From Candidatus Falkowbacteria bacterium (lineage in GTDB: Bacteria > Patescibacteriota > Patescibacteriia > Patescibacteriales > UBA12465), in the NCBI GenBank assembly GCA_037137655.1, contig JBAXJX010000001.1:161188-225187 (forward strand): DNA of 64,000 nucleotides. The letters run 5' to 3'. Each line of letters begins with the position of its first letter. Within the stretch, counting starts at the first letter, position 1. Below, in pieces: positions 8,888-17,331 of the stretch. Both the position numbers and the translations under genes were made by a program. The notes below the pieces were generated by a model. The model did no database searches. It was not told the origin of the DNA and saw nothing but the letters and a program-made list of their open reading frames with translations.

Positions 8888-10012
8888 ATGCGTCTGTGGG
8901 AAATAAAATTTATGAATATTGAAAGTGGAATTAATAAAATAGAACAAAAAGAAAGATTTAATCCTAATTTTGAAATTGGAAATTTTGCTGATGTTGAATC
9001 GAGTATTATTTTTTATACTGTTTCAAAAACTATAGATAATAGTTGGGGTAATGAACAGGACGAAAAAATCGCTAAAGAAATAAGAGAACAAAATATTCAT
9101 CTAGATAAAGATTTGGTAGATTTATACAATAAAATAAGAGAGTTAACTGATGAAAACGATGAAACGCTGAGATGGTTAGCGTTTGCCGTTGAAAAAGATG
9201 ATGAGATGCAATCTTTTATTATTGATCAAATGATTAAATATAAAGGTTTTGACAAAGAAGATGTAAAAGAATTATTTTCAAAATTTAATAATTTTTATCG
9301 AAAAGCAAAACAAAGTTTTGATCTTGCAGAAACCAGGAAGTTTGTTGCTACTAACATCGATCAACGAAGTGAAAGATTTTCAGAGCTTAAGAAAAAGATA
9401 AATGAAGCTATTAATTTTTTTAATCCACAATCATCTGAAATTAAGAAGGTTGTTTATTTGCCAACAAACCCTTTGGAGAAAAAACAATCCGGCAGCGGCA
9501 TAGAAGTTGGTAAAACTTTTTATATTAATGCTGAGAACGGCAATGAAGTGAATGAAATTCACGAATTTCTTCATAGTATTATTAATCCAATTATTGAAAA
9601 GATAGAATTAAGTGAAGATGAGGGAAAAGTAATATTAGATTTATGTCCAGATAAACTGAAAAGTTATCAATATCCATTAAGTATATTAACCGAAGAAATT
9701 ATCCGGACATATCATACTGGTTTTCAGCCAGATAATAAGCCAAGTTTAGAAAATTTTAAAAAGAGATTGTTATCACTGAGTAAAATTGATTTACAAAAAA
9801 TGCTTGATCAGGAGCAAAAACAAGGGGTTGCGATGGCTGGTAATGTAGAAGAATTGTTAAGCAGTGAAGAAGTTGTTGATAAATATTATAATAAATACAG
9901 CAGAGATATTTTAGCTGAGAAGATTTGGAACTTATTTGAAGATTACCAAAGTAGTAGTGCTGGTAATTTTGAAAGATTTTTTATTGATAATTACAGGAAG
10001 ATTTTTAATTAG
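8888..10012 (+). CDS. hypothetical protein with an HExxH motif (possible zincin-like metallopeptidase)
   Basis: 374-aa ORF (alternative start ATG at 8912). Its only recognisable motif is EIHEFLHSIINP (HExxH). No signal peptide or TM segment is evident. Confidence 0.45.
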   Translation: MRLWEIKFMNIESGINKIEQKERFNPNFEIGNFADVESSIIFYTVSKTIDNSWGNEQDEKIAKEIREQNIHLDKDLVDLYNKIRELTDENDETLRWLAFAVEKDDEMQSFIIDQMIKYKGFDKEDVKELFSKFNNFYRKAKQSFDLAETRKFVATNIDQRSERFSELKKKINEAINFFNPQSSEIKKVVYLPTNPLEKKQSGSGIEVGKTFYINAENGNEVNEIHEFLHSIINPIIEKIELSEDEGKVILDLCPDKLKSYQYPLSILTEEIIRTYHTGFQPDNKPSLENFKKRLLSLSKIDLQKMLDQEQKQGVAMAGNVEELLSSEEVVDKYYNKYSRDILAEKIWNLFEDYQSSSAGNFERFFIDNYRKIFN

Positions 10013-10019
10013 AAAAAAT

Positions 10020-10208
10020 ATGACTGAAGAAATTTTTGCTAAAGAAACTGCCATGTGTCGCGAGCTCTCGCAAAAGAATGGCGGTAAATGTAATTGGGGC
10101 GAATGCGTGAAATGTGGCGTAATTCCTTTATTATATAAATTAGGCAAAGGTGAAATTTACGAAAAAGCTGATGAGGTGGTGGAATTAAAAAAAAGTGTTT
10201 TAAATTAA
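10020..10208 (+). CDS. small Cys-rich hypothetical protein (62 aa)
   Basis: Internal ATG at 10020, in frame with track ORF 9936..10208 and 8 nt after the stop of the upstream gene. Cys pattern: C-x11-C-x4-C-x2-C (MCRELSQKNGGKCNWGECVKCG). Confidence 0.4.
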   Translation: MTEEIFAKETAMCRELSQKNGGKCNWGECVKCGVIPLLYKLGKGEIYEKADEVVELKKSVLN

Positions 10209-10217
10209 TTACCGTAA

Positions 10218-10574
10218 CCCTCTTATAAAATACCGCACCTGAAGCGGGCGAAGCTTTCTTGGAAAATTTGAGTGTTAGCGAAATTTTTTCAAAAAGGTTT
10301 GCACGCTTCACACAGGCTATTAAAATCACAAAAGAAAGCGAAGTCTTAAGACGAAGCGAAATTACACCGATTAGATTATAAAAATTGACGTGACCGAATA
10401 TTAAGAAAATGGTTATTTTAATTAATCATAATTATTCGTTCTTCATAATCTCCGGTAGAATGCCGTTAATCATGTGGGGTGAAGTCTGGCAAAACTTTTG
10501 AAAAAAGATCTCACTAACGTTCGAACTTTTTTAAAAGTTTCGCCCAGCTTCGGATACGGTAGGCTTGGTGAGGG
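10218..10574. repeat. long imperfect palindrome (inverted-repeat arms of about 85-105 nt around an AT-rich centre)
   Basis: The left arm (10218-10302) aligns with the reverse complement of 10490-10574. Shared blocks run in order: ccctc / taccg / gaagc / gggcgaa / gttag / ttttttcaaaa / ttttgc / cttcac. Weaker symmetry continues inward. Confidence 0.7.
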
Positions 10575-10598
10575 CTTTGCGAAAATTAAAATAAAATC

Positions 10599-11066
10599 AT
10601 GAAAAAAATTCTTACACTGTGCATCGTTCATCAACACCCAAGAGTATTACTTGGGATGAAAAAACGTGGCTTTGGTGCGGGGAGATGGAATGGTTTTGGT
10701 GGTAAATTAGAACCAGGTGAGTCAATTGAAATGGCGACTAGAAGGGAAATGCAAGAAGAATCTGGCGTGGAATTAGTTGATGTGGAAAAAGTTGGTCTTG
10801 TGGAATTTGAGTTTGTGGGTAATCCGGAAATTTTGGAAGTTCATATTTTTAAAGCTAATGATTTTTTGGGCGAGCCGGTGGAGAGCGAAGAAATGCGACC
10901 ACAATGGTTTCATGTTGATGAAATTCCGTTTGCCGATATGTGGCCGGATGATGAATATTGGCTACCGCTACTTTTAGCTGGAAAAAAGTTTACCGGAAAA
11001 TTGCTTTTCGCTGATCAAAATACAGTTATTAGTCAGGAGTTTTTAGAGGTAGAGGGAATTGAATAA
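10599..11066 (+). CDS. NUDIX hydrolase (MutT/MTH1-like 8-oxo-dGTP diphosphatase family)
   Basis: Nudix box GGKLEPGESIEMATRREMQEESGV. The 155-aa size and the WFHVDEIPFADMWPDD region resemble MTH1-like enzymes. Confidence 0.8.
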   Translation: MKKILTLCIVHQHPRVLLGMKKRGFGAGRWNGFGGKLEPGESIEMATRREMQEESGVELVDVEKVGLVEFEFVGNPEILEVHIFKANDFLGEPVESEEMRPQWFHVDEIPFADMWPDDEYWLPLLLAGKKFTGKLLFADQNTVISQEFLEVEGIE

Positions 11067-11082
11067 TTTTGTATAAGGCTAA

Positions 11083-11107
11083 GGCTCGCTTCAGGCGAGC
11101 TTTTTTG
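11083..11107 (+). terminator. rho-independent terminator after the NUDIX gene
   Basis: gctcgc-ttcag-gcgagc hairpin followed by tttttt. Confidence 0.75.
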
Positions 11108-11154
11108 TTTGGCTGAATTATGTTATAATGCCAATATAATATTAATTATTTCCT

Positions 11155-11886
11155 ATGAAAAAAAAGATAAAAACTTGGATGTTATTTTTGGCGATCGCTT
11201 CGTTTTTTTATGCTTCGCCGGCACTCGCGCATGCGCCGCGTTTATTGACGAATGATGGCTCGGTGATTGAAATTTCGCAACCGGACGTGTCGCAAGCTTT
11301 TTATGGTGAATTAAAAAATGGTCCGGCTTTTTTTAGTCTTCATTTGGATACTCCACAGGAATTGTATGTCTCGATTTTAGTACCAAGTTCTCCAGGAGTA
11401 AAAACTGATAAGTCAGTGCAAATTAAATATGATAATGGTGGCAAGGATGAATTGTTTAAAGAGTTGAATGGTAAAATTTTTTCTTGGACTCCATTTTTTG
11501 AACCCTTTGCCGGCGATAATTATTTGCAAGGACCGGAAGTCAAGCAAATGGCCGCCGCGGGTGATTATTTTATAACCGTTCATAGTCCTGACTATACTGG
11601 AAAATATGTTTTGGTGGTGGGACAGAAGGAATCTTTTACGGTAACGGAAGCAGTTAACACTATTTTCTTATTACCATCAATAAAAGGCTTTTTTGGCACC
11701 TCGCCGTGGTTAGCTTATTTTAATTACACTGGTGGTTTTATGTTTATTGGGCTCCTAATAATTATTTTGATCTATTTTATTCTAACCTCAGTTTTAACTC
11801 GAATTTTCACACCTAAACATAAAGATACAGTGGTGGAAACTGGCAAACCACATCGTCCGTCGGATGATTTGCAATATCGCCAGTAA
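11155..11886 (+). CDS. hypothetical secreted protein with a C-terminal membrane anchor
   Basis: N-terminal signal peptide ending ASPALA|HAP (AxA cleavage motif). C-terminal hydrophobic segment GGFMFIGLLIIILIYFILTSVL followed by a charged tail. Confidence 0.55.
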   Translation: MKKKIKTWMLFLAIASFFYASPALAHAPRLLTNDGSVIEISQPDVSQAFYGELKNGPAFFSLHLDTPQELYVSILVPSSPGVKTDKSVQIKYDNGGKDELFKELNGKIFSWTPFFEPFAGDNYLQGPEVKQMAAAGDYFITVHSPDYTGKYVLVVGQKESFTVTEAVNTIFLLPSIKGFFGTSPWLAYFNYTGGFMFIGLLIIILIYFILTSVLTRIFTPKHKDTVVETGKPHRPSDDLQYRQ

Positions 11887-11889
11887 TCT

Positions 11890-11898
11890 TGCTATAAT
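11890..11898 (+). promoter_or_regulatory. extended -10 promoter element upstream of ileS
   Basis: tgcTATAAT, 37 nt upstream of the ileS ATG. The same tgctataat(c/t)ta core occurs upstream of the pilin genes. Confidence 0.5.
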
Positions 11899-11935
11899 CT
11901 AGAAAATAACCTAAAAATAACGTAAAAATAACAAT

Positions 11936-14863
11936 ATGGCCGAAAATAACCAACAAAATAGCGTTTCTTTTCCACAAATGGAATCTGAAGTATTAGCTTT
12001 TTGGGAGAAGAACCAAACTTTTATAAAATCACTTGAAAAGGAGGCGCCACACGGTGACTATGTTTTTTATGATGGCCCACCGTTTGCCACTGGAACACCG
12101 CACTATGGTCACATCGTCGGTCAGATTATGAAAGATGTTGTGCCACGTTATTTTACGATGAATGGCTATCATGTGGCTCGTCGCTGGGGTTGGGATTGTC
12201 ATGGTCTACCAATTGAAAATATTGTCGAAAAGGAATTGGGCATGAAAACTAAAAAAGATATTGAAGATTTGGGTATTGAAAAATTTAATGCGCTTTGCCG
12301 TTCTAAAGTTTCCACTTACGCTGATGAGTGGTATAAAGTCGCGGCGCAACTTGGTCGTTGGGTGGATACCAGCAACCCATATCGCACTATGGATTTAAAT
12401 TTCATGGAATCGGTGTGGTGGGTGTTTAAACAATTGTGGGACAAAGATTTGATTTACAAAAATTATCGTTCCATGCATGTTTGTCCGCGCTGTGAAACCA
12501 CTTTATCACAATCCGAAGTAGCCGAAGGTTACCGTGATATTAAAGATTTGTCAGCTACAGCTAAATTTGAATTAATCGACGAACCAGGAACTTTTGTTTT
12601 AGCTTGGACCACTACCCCATGGACTTTAATTGGTAATGTGGCGCTTGCTGTTGGACCAGAAATTCAATATGTTAAAGTTAAATCTGGAGAAGATATTTTA
12701 ATTTTAGCTAAAGAAAGATTATTGGAAACTTTTAAAGAACAACCACTAGAAGTTTTGACTGAGTTTCCTGGTGCTGAATTAGTCGGTAAAGCTTACCGAC
12801 CGCTTTTTGATTATTACGTAAATGACGCCAAAATTGAAAACAGGGAAAATGGTTGGAAAATTTACGGGGCTGATTTTGTGACGACGACTGACGGTGTTGG
12901 TGTCGTGCACATTGCGCCCGCTTTTGGCGAGGATGATATGAATTTGGGGAAGGCTAATAATTTACCGTTCATCCAACATGTTGGAATGGATGGTGCGATT
13001 AAAGCGGAAGCGATTGATTTTGCCGGTTTGAATGTGAAGCCAGCTGGTGATCATATGACCACTGATATTGAAGTGATTAGATATTTGGCGGGTCGTGGAT
13101 TATTATTTAAAAAAGAAAAATACGAACATAGTTACCCACATTGTTGGCGTTGTGATACACCATTAATTAATTATGCGACTTCTTCATGGTTTGTGTCGGT
13201 GACTAAAATTAAAGAACAATTATTAGAATCAGCTAAAGAAATTAATTGGTCACCAAATCATTTAAAAGATGGTCGTTTTGGCAATTGGTTGGAAGGCGCG
13301 CGTGATTGGTCAATTTCTCGTCAACGTTTTTGGGCGAGTGCTATTCCAATTTGGGAATGCGCTTGCGGTGAGCGTCATGTTGTTTCTAGTGTTGCTGAGC
13401 TCGAAGAACTTGGTGGCGTCAAAGTTGATGATATTCATAAAGATGTGGTTGATAATATTACTTTTAAATGTAAATCTTGCGGTGGCGAAATGAAACGCGT
13501 GCCGGATGTGCTTGATTGTTGGTTTGAAAGTGGTTCTATGCCATATGCTCAATTACATTATCCATTTGAAAACAAAGAACATTTAGAAGAAAACTTCCCA
13601 GCCCAATTTGTGGCTGAAGGTATCGATCAAACCCGAACCTGGTTTTATTATTTGCATGTTATTTCCGGTGGCTTAAAAGGGAAGCACGCTTTCCAAAATG
13701 TGATCGCGAACGGTATTGTGTTAGCGGAAGATGGTAAAAAAATGTCCAAGCGCTTAAAAAATTATCCTGATCCAGCCTTGGTGATGGATAAATACGGTGC
13801 TGATGCTTTGCGCGCTTATCTTTTATCTTCACCAATCGTGGTGGCGGAGAGTTTGAATTTCTCGGAAAAAGGTGTGCAAGAATCTTTGCGTAAAAATATT
13901 ATGCTTTTGTGGAATGTCTATAAATTCTACGAAACTTATGCTGAAGCGGAAAGTAATATTGATGAGAATTTAAATAGCACTAATGTTTTAGATGCTTGGA
14001 TTTTGATTAAATTAAATAATCTAGTTAAAGAAGTGACTGGCGCCATGGAAGTTTATAATTTAAATAAAGCCATGCGTCCGATTACTGATTTTGTCGATGA
14101 ACTTTCGACTTGGTATTTACGTCGCAGTCGGGATCGTTTCAAATCCGATGACTTGGCTGATAAAATGGCAGCTCTCTCGACTACTAAAAAAGTATTAAGT
14201 GAATTGGCGAAAGTGATGGCACCGTTTATGCCGTTCATGGCGGAAAATTTGTGGCAAAAAGTGACGACTCATAATTTTACTAGCGCGGATAAATCAGTGC
14301 ATTTAGAATCTTGGCCAAAGTTTAGTGAGGATAACGCTGACGACGCGATGATTTTGCATAAGATGGATTTAGTGCGCCGCGTGGTGGAAATTGGTTTTGC
14401 TAAACGTGATGAACTTGGAATTAAGGTTCGCCAAATTTTAGCGAGTGCGACTGTGACCGGACCAGAAACTAAATTTATTGACGGTGGTTATTACTACGAA
14501 TTAATTAAAGACGAATTAAATATTAAAGACTTGATTTGGAAAGTTGCTGGCGATGATTTGGTGGTAGAATTAGATTCCAATATTACTCCAGAATTAAAAC
14601 AGGAAGGTTTGAAACGGGAATTGGTGCGTTTTGTAAACTTGGCCCGCAAAGATTTGAATTTGTCGATTGGTGATCGAGCGGATCTTTATTTAGCTCAAGT
14701 TTCCGAGGAAGTCCAGGAATTAATCAATAAGCTTGGTGACGAAGTTAAAGCTGATACTTTGTGTGACAATATTAATGTGGTCACTGAAATCCCAGCAGAT
14801 TTAGAATCCCGCGAAGTTAAATTGGGAGAAGGGAAGATTTTATTGGGTTTAAAGAAGAATTAA
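11936..14863 (+). CDS. ileS: isoleucyl-tRNA synthetase (type 2-like)
   Basis: 975 aa. Motifs: PPFATGTPHYGHIV (HIGH), KMSKRLKNYPDP (KMSKS), WTTTPWTL editing-domain motif, WISRQRFWA. Confidence 0.95.
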   Translation: MAENNQQNSVSFPQMESEVLAFWEKNQTFIKSLEKEAPHGDYVFYDGPPFATGTPHYGHIVGQIMKDVVPRYFTMNGYHVARRWGWDCHGLPIENIVEKELGMKTKKDIEDLGIEKFNALCRSKVSTYADEWYKVAAQLGRWVDTSNPYRTMDLNFMESVWWVFKQLWDKDLIYKNYRSMHVCPRCETTLSQSEVAEGYRDIKDLSATAKFELIDEPGTFVLAWTTTPWTLIGNVALAVGPEIQYVKVKSGEDILILAKERLLETFKEQPLEVLTEFPGAELVGKAYRPLFDYYVNDAKIENRENGWKIYGADFVTTTDGVGVVHIAPAFGEDDMNLGKANNLPFIQHVGMDGAIKAEAIDFAGLNVKPAGDHMTTDIEVIRYLAGRGLLFKKEKYEHSYPHCWRCDTPLINYATSSWFVSVTKIKEQLLESAKEINWSPNHLKDGRFGNWLEGARDWSISRQRFWASAIPIWECACGERHVVSSVAELEELGGVKVDDIHKDVVDNITFKCKSCGGEMKRVPDVLDCWFESGSMPYAQLHYPFENKEHLEENFPAQFVAEGIDQTRTWFYYLHVISGGLKGKHAFQNVIANGIVLAEDGKKMSKRLKNYPDPALVMDKYGADALRAYLLSSPIVVAESLNFSEKGVQESLRKNIMLLWNVYKFYETYAEAESNIDENLNSTNVLDAWILIKLNNLVKEVTGAMEVYNLNKAMRPITDFVDELSTWYLRRSRDRFKSDDLADKMAALSTTKKVLSELAKVMAPFMPFMAENLWQKVTTHNFTSADKSVHLESWPKFSEDNADDAMILHKMDLVRRVVEIGFAKRDELGIKVRQILASATVTGPETKFIDGGYYYELIKDELNIKDLIWKVAGDDLVVELDSNITPELKQEGLKRELVRFVNLARKDLNLSIGDRADLYLAQVSEEVQELINKLGDEVKADTLCDNINVVTEIPADLESREVKLGEGKILLGLKKN

Positions 14864-14880
14864 TCTCTGAAAAATAGAAA

Positions 14881-14911
14881 AGCTCCAGGTTAAAACCTGG
14901 AGCTTTTTTTA
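14881..14911 (+). terminator. rho-independent terminator after ileS
   Basis: agctccaggt-taaa-acctggagct perfect 10-bp stem followed by ttttttt. Confidence 0.85.
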
Positions 14912-14996
14912 TTGACATTTCATTTTTTTCGTGGTAGCTTGAGGATAAGTTTGTTGTTTAAAAATTTAATAAGTCTAACCTTTAATATCGTTTACC

Positions 14997-15659
14997 ATGA
15001 AAAATAAATTTTTAAGAGGGGTGTTGAGTGACGTCTTGTTGTTCTCACTTTTTTCAGCTATTCTTATTTTTTTTAGCTGCTTTGTTGTTTTATTTCTGGT
15101 GGCATTTTCCAATTATATTTTTGGCGGAAAAATGCCCTGGTCTTCAATGATGGACGCTTGGTTAACAATTTCATTATTGCTTAGCTCCACTTTTTTTATT
15201 TATTATGTTCTCAAATACTTGTGGCCGGTTAAAAGTCATTTTAAAAAGTGGCTAAAACACGAAATAAGTACATGTTCCAAAATAATTGATTGTCACCAAA
15301 AAACACTATTATTTAAAGAGGAATATGAAGTGATATGTAATTTATTTGAATCTGAAGTATGGATTAAATTTTGTACCAAATGCTTTAATCTGTCCGTACA
15401 TTTTGTCGATCTTAATAAAGTTGAACTTGAATTAAAGGCTGACGGTGTTGATCCAGGGTTAATTGAAAAATCTTTACCCTTAGTTCATCTTTACAAAGAA
15501 CGGTTAAGGGCGGAATTTAAAAAGATGCCTTACAATGATTTCGATGATTACACTTGGTTGTTGCCGTCGTTATTAGTTTCTAAAGACATTATTGTTTTAG
15601 AAATCAAGAAGTACAATGAACTTATTGCTCTGTATCAACAAGAGTTAAATAAACTATAA
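14997..15659 (+). CDS. hypothetical membrane protein (ORFan-like)
   Basis: 220 aa. Two N-terminal hydrophobic segments, then a Cys/Lys-rich soluble part. Flanked by hairpin terminators on both sides. No recognisable family motif. Confidence 0.45.
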   Translation: MKNKFLRGVLSDVLLFSLFSAILIFFSCFVVLFLVAFSNYIFGGKMPWSSMMDAWLTISLLLSSTFFIYYVLKYLWPVKSHFKKWLKHEISTCSKIIDCHQKTLLFKEEYEVICNLFESEVWIKFCTKCFNLSVHFVDLNKVELELKADGVDPGLIEKSLPLVHLYKERLRAEFKKMPYNDFDDYTWLLPSLLVSKDIIVLEIKKYNELIALYQQELNKL

Positions 15660-15774
15660 AATTTTTATAAGCCGAGTGAGTTAAACAACTCCCGGCTTTT
15701 TTATTACCCAAACTTGATTTTTTTGGGAAAATTTGCTAAACTATCAATGTTTAAAAACTAAGAAATAAAAATTT

Positions 15775-16341
15775 ATGTCAAACGTTACTTGGGTTATTTT
15801 TGGGGGCATTATCGTTATCGGCGCTGTTATTGCCGGGATGTATAATGGTTTAATTACTTTAAAAAATCGCGTCGAAGAAGCTTTTTCTGATATGGATGTG
15901 CAAATGAAACGTCGTTATGATTTAATTCCAAATTTAGTGGAAACTGTTAAAGGTTATGCGACTCATGAAAGCGAAACTTTGGAAAAAGTTACCGCCGCTC
16001 GCGCTAGCGCGATGAGTGCTCACTATGGTCAAGACACTGCCGAGCAAATTAAAGCGGAAAACAATTTAAGTTCTACTTTGAAAACTTTATTTGCGGTTTC
16101 TGAAAGTTACCCAGATTTAAAAGCGAATACTAATTTCTTGGAATTACAAAAAGAATTAGCTGATACGGAAGATAAAATCATGGCTTCTCGCCGTTTTTAC
16201 AATGGTAATGTGCGTGACTTCAATACTAAATTACAAGTTTTCCCAACTAATATCATGGCCAACATGCTTGGTTTCACTGCTAAAACTTTCTTTGAGTTAA
16301 GCGATGAAAAACAACGCGAGCCAATTGCCATTAAATTCTAA
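15775..16341 (+). CDS. lemA: LemA family protein
   Basis: N-terminal TM segment, then YNGLITLKNRVEEAFSDMDVQMKRRYDLIPNLVETVKGYATHE, typical of LemA. Confidence 0.85.
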   Translation: MSNVTWVIFGGIIVIGAVIAGMYNGLITLKNRVEEAFSDMDVQMKRRYDLIPNLVETVKGYATHESETLEKVTAARASAMSAHYGQDTAEQIKAENNLSSTLKTLFAVSESYPDLKANTNFLELQKELADTEDKIMASRRFYNGNVRDFNTKLQVFPTNIMANMLGFTAKTFFELSDEKQREPIAIKF

Positions 16342-16350
16342 TTATTTCCT

Positions 16351-17268
16351 ATGACTCTTTATCAAGAAAGCGCCACTAATGTCCGCAAGACATGGTGGCT
16401 CATGTCTTTGTTTTTTGTTTTTATCATGTTGGTGGGCTATGTTTTTAGCCTAGCCATGAATGAACCAGCAATTTTGGTGGGTTGTTTTGCTTTTAGTGTG
16501 GTTTCTAGCTTTATCAGTTATTGGTGGAGCGACAAAATTGTGTTGGCGATGAGCGACGCCCATGAAATTGATCATGATAATAATCGCGATCTTTTTCACA
16601 TCGTTGAGAACCTTTGTATTACCGCTGGCTTGCCAATCCCAAAAATTTATGTTATAGATGATACGGCTCCGAACGCCTTTGCCACTGGTCGTAATGCTGA
16701 ACACGCCGTGATTGTGGTGACTGCCGGATTATTACAAAAACTGGAAAAGGCAGAACTTCAAGGCGTGATTGCGCATGAACTTTCTCATATTGGTAATCGT
16801 GATATTTTGCTTTCTACTATTGTGACGGTTTTGGTTGGTACAGTTGTGTTACTGGCCGATTGGTTTCGCCGCTGGAGTTTCTTTGGTGGTCGTCGTAATG
16901 ATGATCGCGAAGGCGGCGGGCAATTAGCCATGATTATTACTGTGGTAGCGATTGTGTTATCAATCTTGGCCCCGTTGTTTGCTTATTTGATTCAACTATC
17001 AATCTCGCGTAAACGTGAGTTTCTAGCTGATTCTAGTGCGGCTCTCTTAACTCGCTATCCGGAAGGATTAGCGCGAGCTCTAGAGAAGATTTCGGCTGAT
17101 AGTGAACCGTTGGAAGTGGCTAATCGCGCTACGGCGCATTTGTATATTGCTTCACCGTTTAAAAGTGATCGAGCTGATGGTTCTGTTTCTTGGTTTTCAA
17201 AGTTATTGATGACGCATCCGCCGATTAATGAACGGATTGCGGCTTTACGCCAAACTGATATTAATTAA
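16351..17268 (+). CDS. htpX: zinc metalloprotease HtpX (M48 family)
   Basis: HELSHI zinc motif, four TM segments, and a C-terminal THPPINERI motif. Adjacent to lemA, as is common. Confidence 0.88.
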   Translation: MTLYQESATNVRKTWWLMSLFFVFIMLVGYVFSLAMNEPAILVGCFAFSVVSSFISYWWSDKIVLAMSDAHEIDHDNNRDLFHIVENLCITAGLPIPKIYVIDDTAPNAFATGRNAEHAVIVVTAGLLQKLEKAELQGVIAHELSHIGNRDILLSTIVTVLVGTVVLLADWFRRWSFFGGRRNDDREGGGQLAMIITVVAIVLSILAPLFAYLIQLSISRKREFLADSSAALLTRYPEGLARALEKISADSEPLEVANRATAHLYIASPFKSDRADGSVSWFSKLLMTHPPINERIAALRQTDIN

Positions 17269-17331
17269 TTTTTTATTAATTTGTTCACTTAAAATAATTA
17301 TTTATTTTAGTGAATAATATTTTTTATATTT

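Noticed and set aside
10039-10329. A 96-aa - strand ORF covers the left arm of the palindrome.
   Set aside because: It overlaps the 3' end of the + strand small Cys-rich gene. The homologous right arm contains in-frame stops, so the similarity is at the nucleotide level, not the protein level.
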